A stretch of DNA of 64,000 bases from Dimorphilus gyrociliatus (lineage: Eukaryota; Animalia; Annelida), in the NCBI GenBank assembly GCA_904063045.1, contig CAJFCJ010000046.1, forward strand, positions 176,028-240,027. The letters are read 5' to 3'. Made by a program: the position numbers and the translations under genes. The notes below the pieces were generated by a model, which did no database searches, was not told the origin of the DNA, and saw only the letters and a program-made list of their open reading frames with translations. Shown here piece after piece: positions 61,305-64,000 of this stretch (the stretch's first letter is position 1; every line of letters begins with the position of its first letter).

Positions 61305-62090
61305 ATGACGTCACAAGGTCCTCCAGATTATTTTACTGCTGTGGTAATTTTTATTTATTGTTCAAGCTATAATATATCTGTGAAAAAATTACAAATCTCC
61401 TATTTTCTTGCTTAGGGTTATAATCCAACTATAACAAGCACCAATGATGTAAGCATATATTTACTTAATTATTAATGTTGTCCCACATTGTATAAATGTT
61501 TTTCATTCTTAGACTTCCACAATTACCTTTTGCAACAATGATAATGTAAGTCTATAAAAAATGGTCATAATATTTTATGCATACCTCTTCTATCTTTCTA
61601 TTCAATTAATAAAACAATTGAATTTTTCTTTATTAATCATTAGGGAAATTCCTTCACAATTACTAGAAGTGATCCAGTAAGTCTCTTTTTAGTAACATTT
61701 TTTTATACTAATGATGCTGATATGTTTCTCTTCTTCCCTAATCACCAATAGCAGATGCCTGATAGGGCTATAAATACAACTGGTCACGTAAGTACTCAAC
61801 TTTAAGGGAAATACAAGTGTAAATTGTTATTTTTACAGATTGCTGATGCGACTTTAAAGACAACTGGAAATGTTTGTATTTTTTAAATATTTTTGAAGAA
61901 CAGAGGCTTATTTATTTTTTACATTAAAGGTTGTTGAAACTGCTTTAGATACTTTGGCTAAGGTAACTTTCTAACATTTCATGTAATTCAATTTATTGAA
62001 AAGTATTTAACATTTTAAAATTAGATTGCTGGTTCAATAATTAAATTTCCGTTTACTGTTTTGGATGTTGCTTTCCCAAAAAAGAGTTAA
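61305..62090 (+). CDS. Micro-exon gene encoding a 100/101-aa protein of 11-residue modules (exons 61305-61343, 61416-61448, 61513-61545, 61644-61676, 61752/5-61787, 61839-61871, 61930-61962, 62025-62090)
   Basis: Seven GT-AG introns (51-98 nt; donors GTAATT, GTAAGC, GTAAGT x3, GTTTGT, GTAACT), all phase 0, give a stop-free ORF: MTSQGPPDYFTAV-GYNPTITSTND-TSTITFCNNDN-GNSFTITRSDP-(Q)MPDRAINTTGH-IADATLKTTGN-VVETALDTLAK-IAGSIIKFPFTVLDVAFPKKS*. Confidence 0.88.
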
Positions 62091-63128
62091 AGATTGAAAT
62101 GTATAGGTTAAGTACAGAAAAACTCAAAATTCAAATTTCATCTTTTAAAAATTGACACACTGTTTGTCTTGTTGAATTTTTTTCTGTTTTTTCTTCTAAG
62201 TTACTAATAAAGATATGAAAATTGTATCTAGACTGCAACTTCATTTTCATCCCAACTGAGTTCCTCAAAATGAATGTTTTACACATTTGACAAATTTGTT
62301 AAAATGCCTTTTATAAAGATAGATTAGCTGGTGGGAGCAGATGAAACTGTACCTGGTTGAAATCCTATCCAGTAAGAGTGAAACTGTAGCTGACACAACA
62401 CAAATTAAGGGAAATTTTTTAATAAAAGTCATAATTTATTATATTCAATACAAGTCAGTGTGCTGTTAAATGTCAAAAGTTGATACTCCCAAAAAAGACA
62501 ATGGCTATCTAATTAGCTTGGAGAAAGCTTTACAACTGCTCTTATAATTAGACAAAACACAAAGAGAATAAATGTTAACAGAGAGCTTTCTTTCTTTTAA
62601 TTTAGTACTATCTTGAATGAATTGTCTTTAAAGAGACTCTGATTTCAATTTCCTAAGTAAACTTTCAAGATTAGCAAAAGCCTTTAATTCAGATAAGAAA
62701 GTAAGAGTAGGCTTGTCCCAATGACTTTTATTTTCATGTTTAGGATTTAATGAAAATAGCTTTTATAAGTAAAACGCGCTATTACTTTCTGCCATAGTCA
62801 GTGCTGTTCCCATTGTTTATGGCTACCTTTATGGAAATATATAAGTGATAAATAAAGAAATTTTTAAACTATCAAATTCAATGAAATTACGCGGTGTTGT
62901 AATCAGAATATATTGGAAATGGGTATTTCTAAAACGTAAAATATACTAGCGTCTGTATGCAAGAAAAGAATTGAATTATAATTATTTACTAAAATGAATT
63001 GGTGACTGATTGCCAATTGGAAGGGCGTGACAAATTGGAAAAGACATGAATTGGAGTTAAAAATTTACCTAAAAAGTAGGAAAGATAAAAGAAATATTTA
63101 GCCATTTTCAGTACAGTTTACTTTATGA

Positions 63129-63764
63129 TGTACTGCTCTTGCTGGCAAAATTTATGCGTTTGCAAGTTATAACAATACTGATTCTGCTCGAACCTTTTAA
63201 ACAAATGTTTAAAATAAAATGGTTTATTCGCAATAATAATACTTAAGCAAGTAACAATATGAGAGTTCAATAGCAGAGTAGATAGTTCGTAATAGCAGGC
63301 TGCCAAATTACCAAACTGTCTTCCAATGTTGAGGAGTAGATGGATGGTTCCAGTCGAGGTTGTTTCCAGGTGATCTTCCCAGGTCCTTGGATCCAGATGG
63401 AAGCTCAATGCAGAATGAGAATAGTGAGGATTTATATACTTTGAGGTTTGCCTCTGACATCCAATCATCACTTTACAGTTGCCAAAATGTGTAGTTCATA
63501 TTTATGTTTAGTAACAGGATGTAACAAGGTTGAACATTTAGGAAGGTTAATTGAATTATAACTTGGCGACACCCTAGGCAAGTTAATTAAATTATAACTT
63601 GGCCAAACCTTTATTGATAATTAAAGATGAGCCTTGAAGCTGACTAATAAGACTTATGTTTGGCCAATGTTATAGCATTTTCTTGCATAGGTTTTAAGAT
63701 GTACATGTATAAGTTGCATCAAATAATACAGTTCAACCATGTAAAATATAACCAAAGTTGTACA
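63129..63764 (-). mobile_element. Solo LTR, 636 bp
   Basis: Reverse complement of 33492-34127, with TG..CA ends and TSD ATGA on both sides (63125-63128, 63765-63768). Confidence 0.9.
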
Positions 63765-64000
63765 ATGATCATCAAACAAAACCTTTTATCAGATGCATAT
63801 AAAAACCTAGATGGATACTCTTGTATGTCGAAACTAACAAATCAAAAATACATTGAAGACAGATTGCTGATAGAGCCAATCCGTACATGTAAGACAGATA
63901 AGAAAGGTCTAGGAGTTGTGATTACAACTGTGTCACCTTCTCTAGAGATCCTTGGGTAAGTCTGTAAAGGTATAGCTTCTGGTTCAGGAGCTGATTGTTG

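Noticed and set aside
63660-64000. 99-aa ORF at the window end
   Set aside because: Its first third is LTR sequence. The remainder is open on both strands without a recognisable domain and is cut by the window edge.
1-64000. Hammerhead ribozymes/Penelope elements, rRNA, programmed-elimination signals
   Set aside because: I recognised no CUGAUGA-GAAA core with flanking stems, no rRNA similarity and no consistent breakage motif by eye. An Infernal/Rfam scan would be decisive.

Overview
This is an AT-rich eukaryotic (animal, probably spiralian or other invertebrate) window with short GT-AG introns of roughly 50-100 nt. There are no prokaryotic operons or CRISPR arrays. Positions 1-39 kb are a graveyard of innate-immune/receptor genes and transposons. 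The genes include RI-type LRR modules attached to RING, NACHT or BC-box N-termini, an ITIH C-terminal exon and a trypsin-like fragment. They are riddled with PHD-FLYWCH-Mutator (MULE) elements, Tc1/mariner remnants, a BEL/Pao remnant, gypsy-type solo LTRs (636 bp, TG..CA, 4-bp TSD) and a ~200-bp Mutator MITE that carries telomere-type CCCTAA repeats. Apparently intact genes include a furin-repeat/Ly6 GPI protein (1-2.3 kb), a tandem-Ly6 GPI protein (25-26 kb) and a multi-fucolectin protein (39-41 kb). The right half holds a very large, damaged MAM/SRCR/CTL/LDLa/LRR/7TM (GRL101-like) receptor locus, a truncated rhodopsin-type GPCR, an intron-containing beta-lactamase-family gene and a decayed tRNA-Ile. 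The standout, invisible to the ORF track, is a micro-exon gene at 61.3-62.1 kb. Its six internal exons are all phase 0 and 33 nt (one is 36/33 via NAGNAG), each encoding one 11-residue module, and both terminal exon segments are 66 nt. Caveats: domain calls are by eye with no database searches, coordinates of decayed features are approximate, and some homopolymer frameshifts could be assembly errors.
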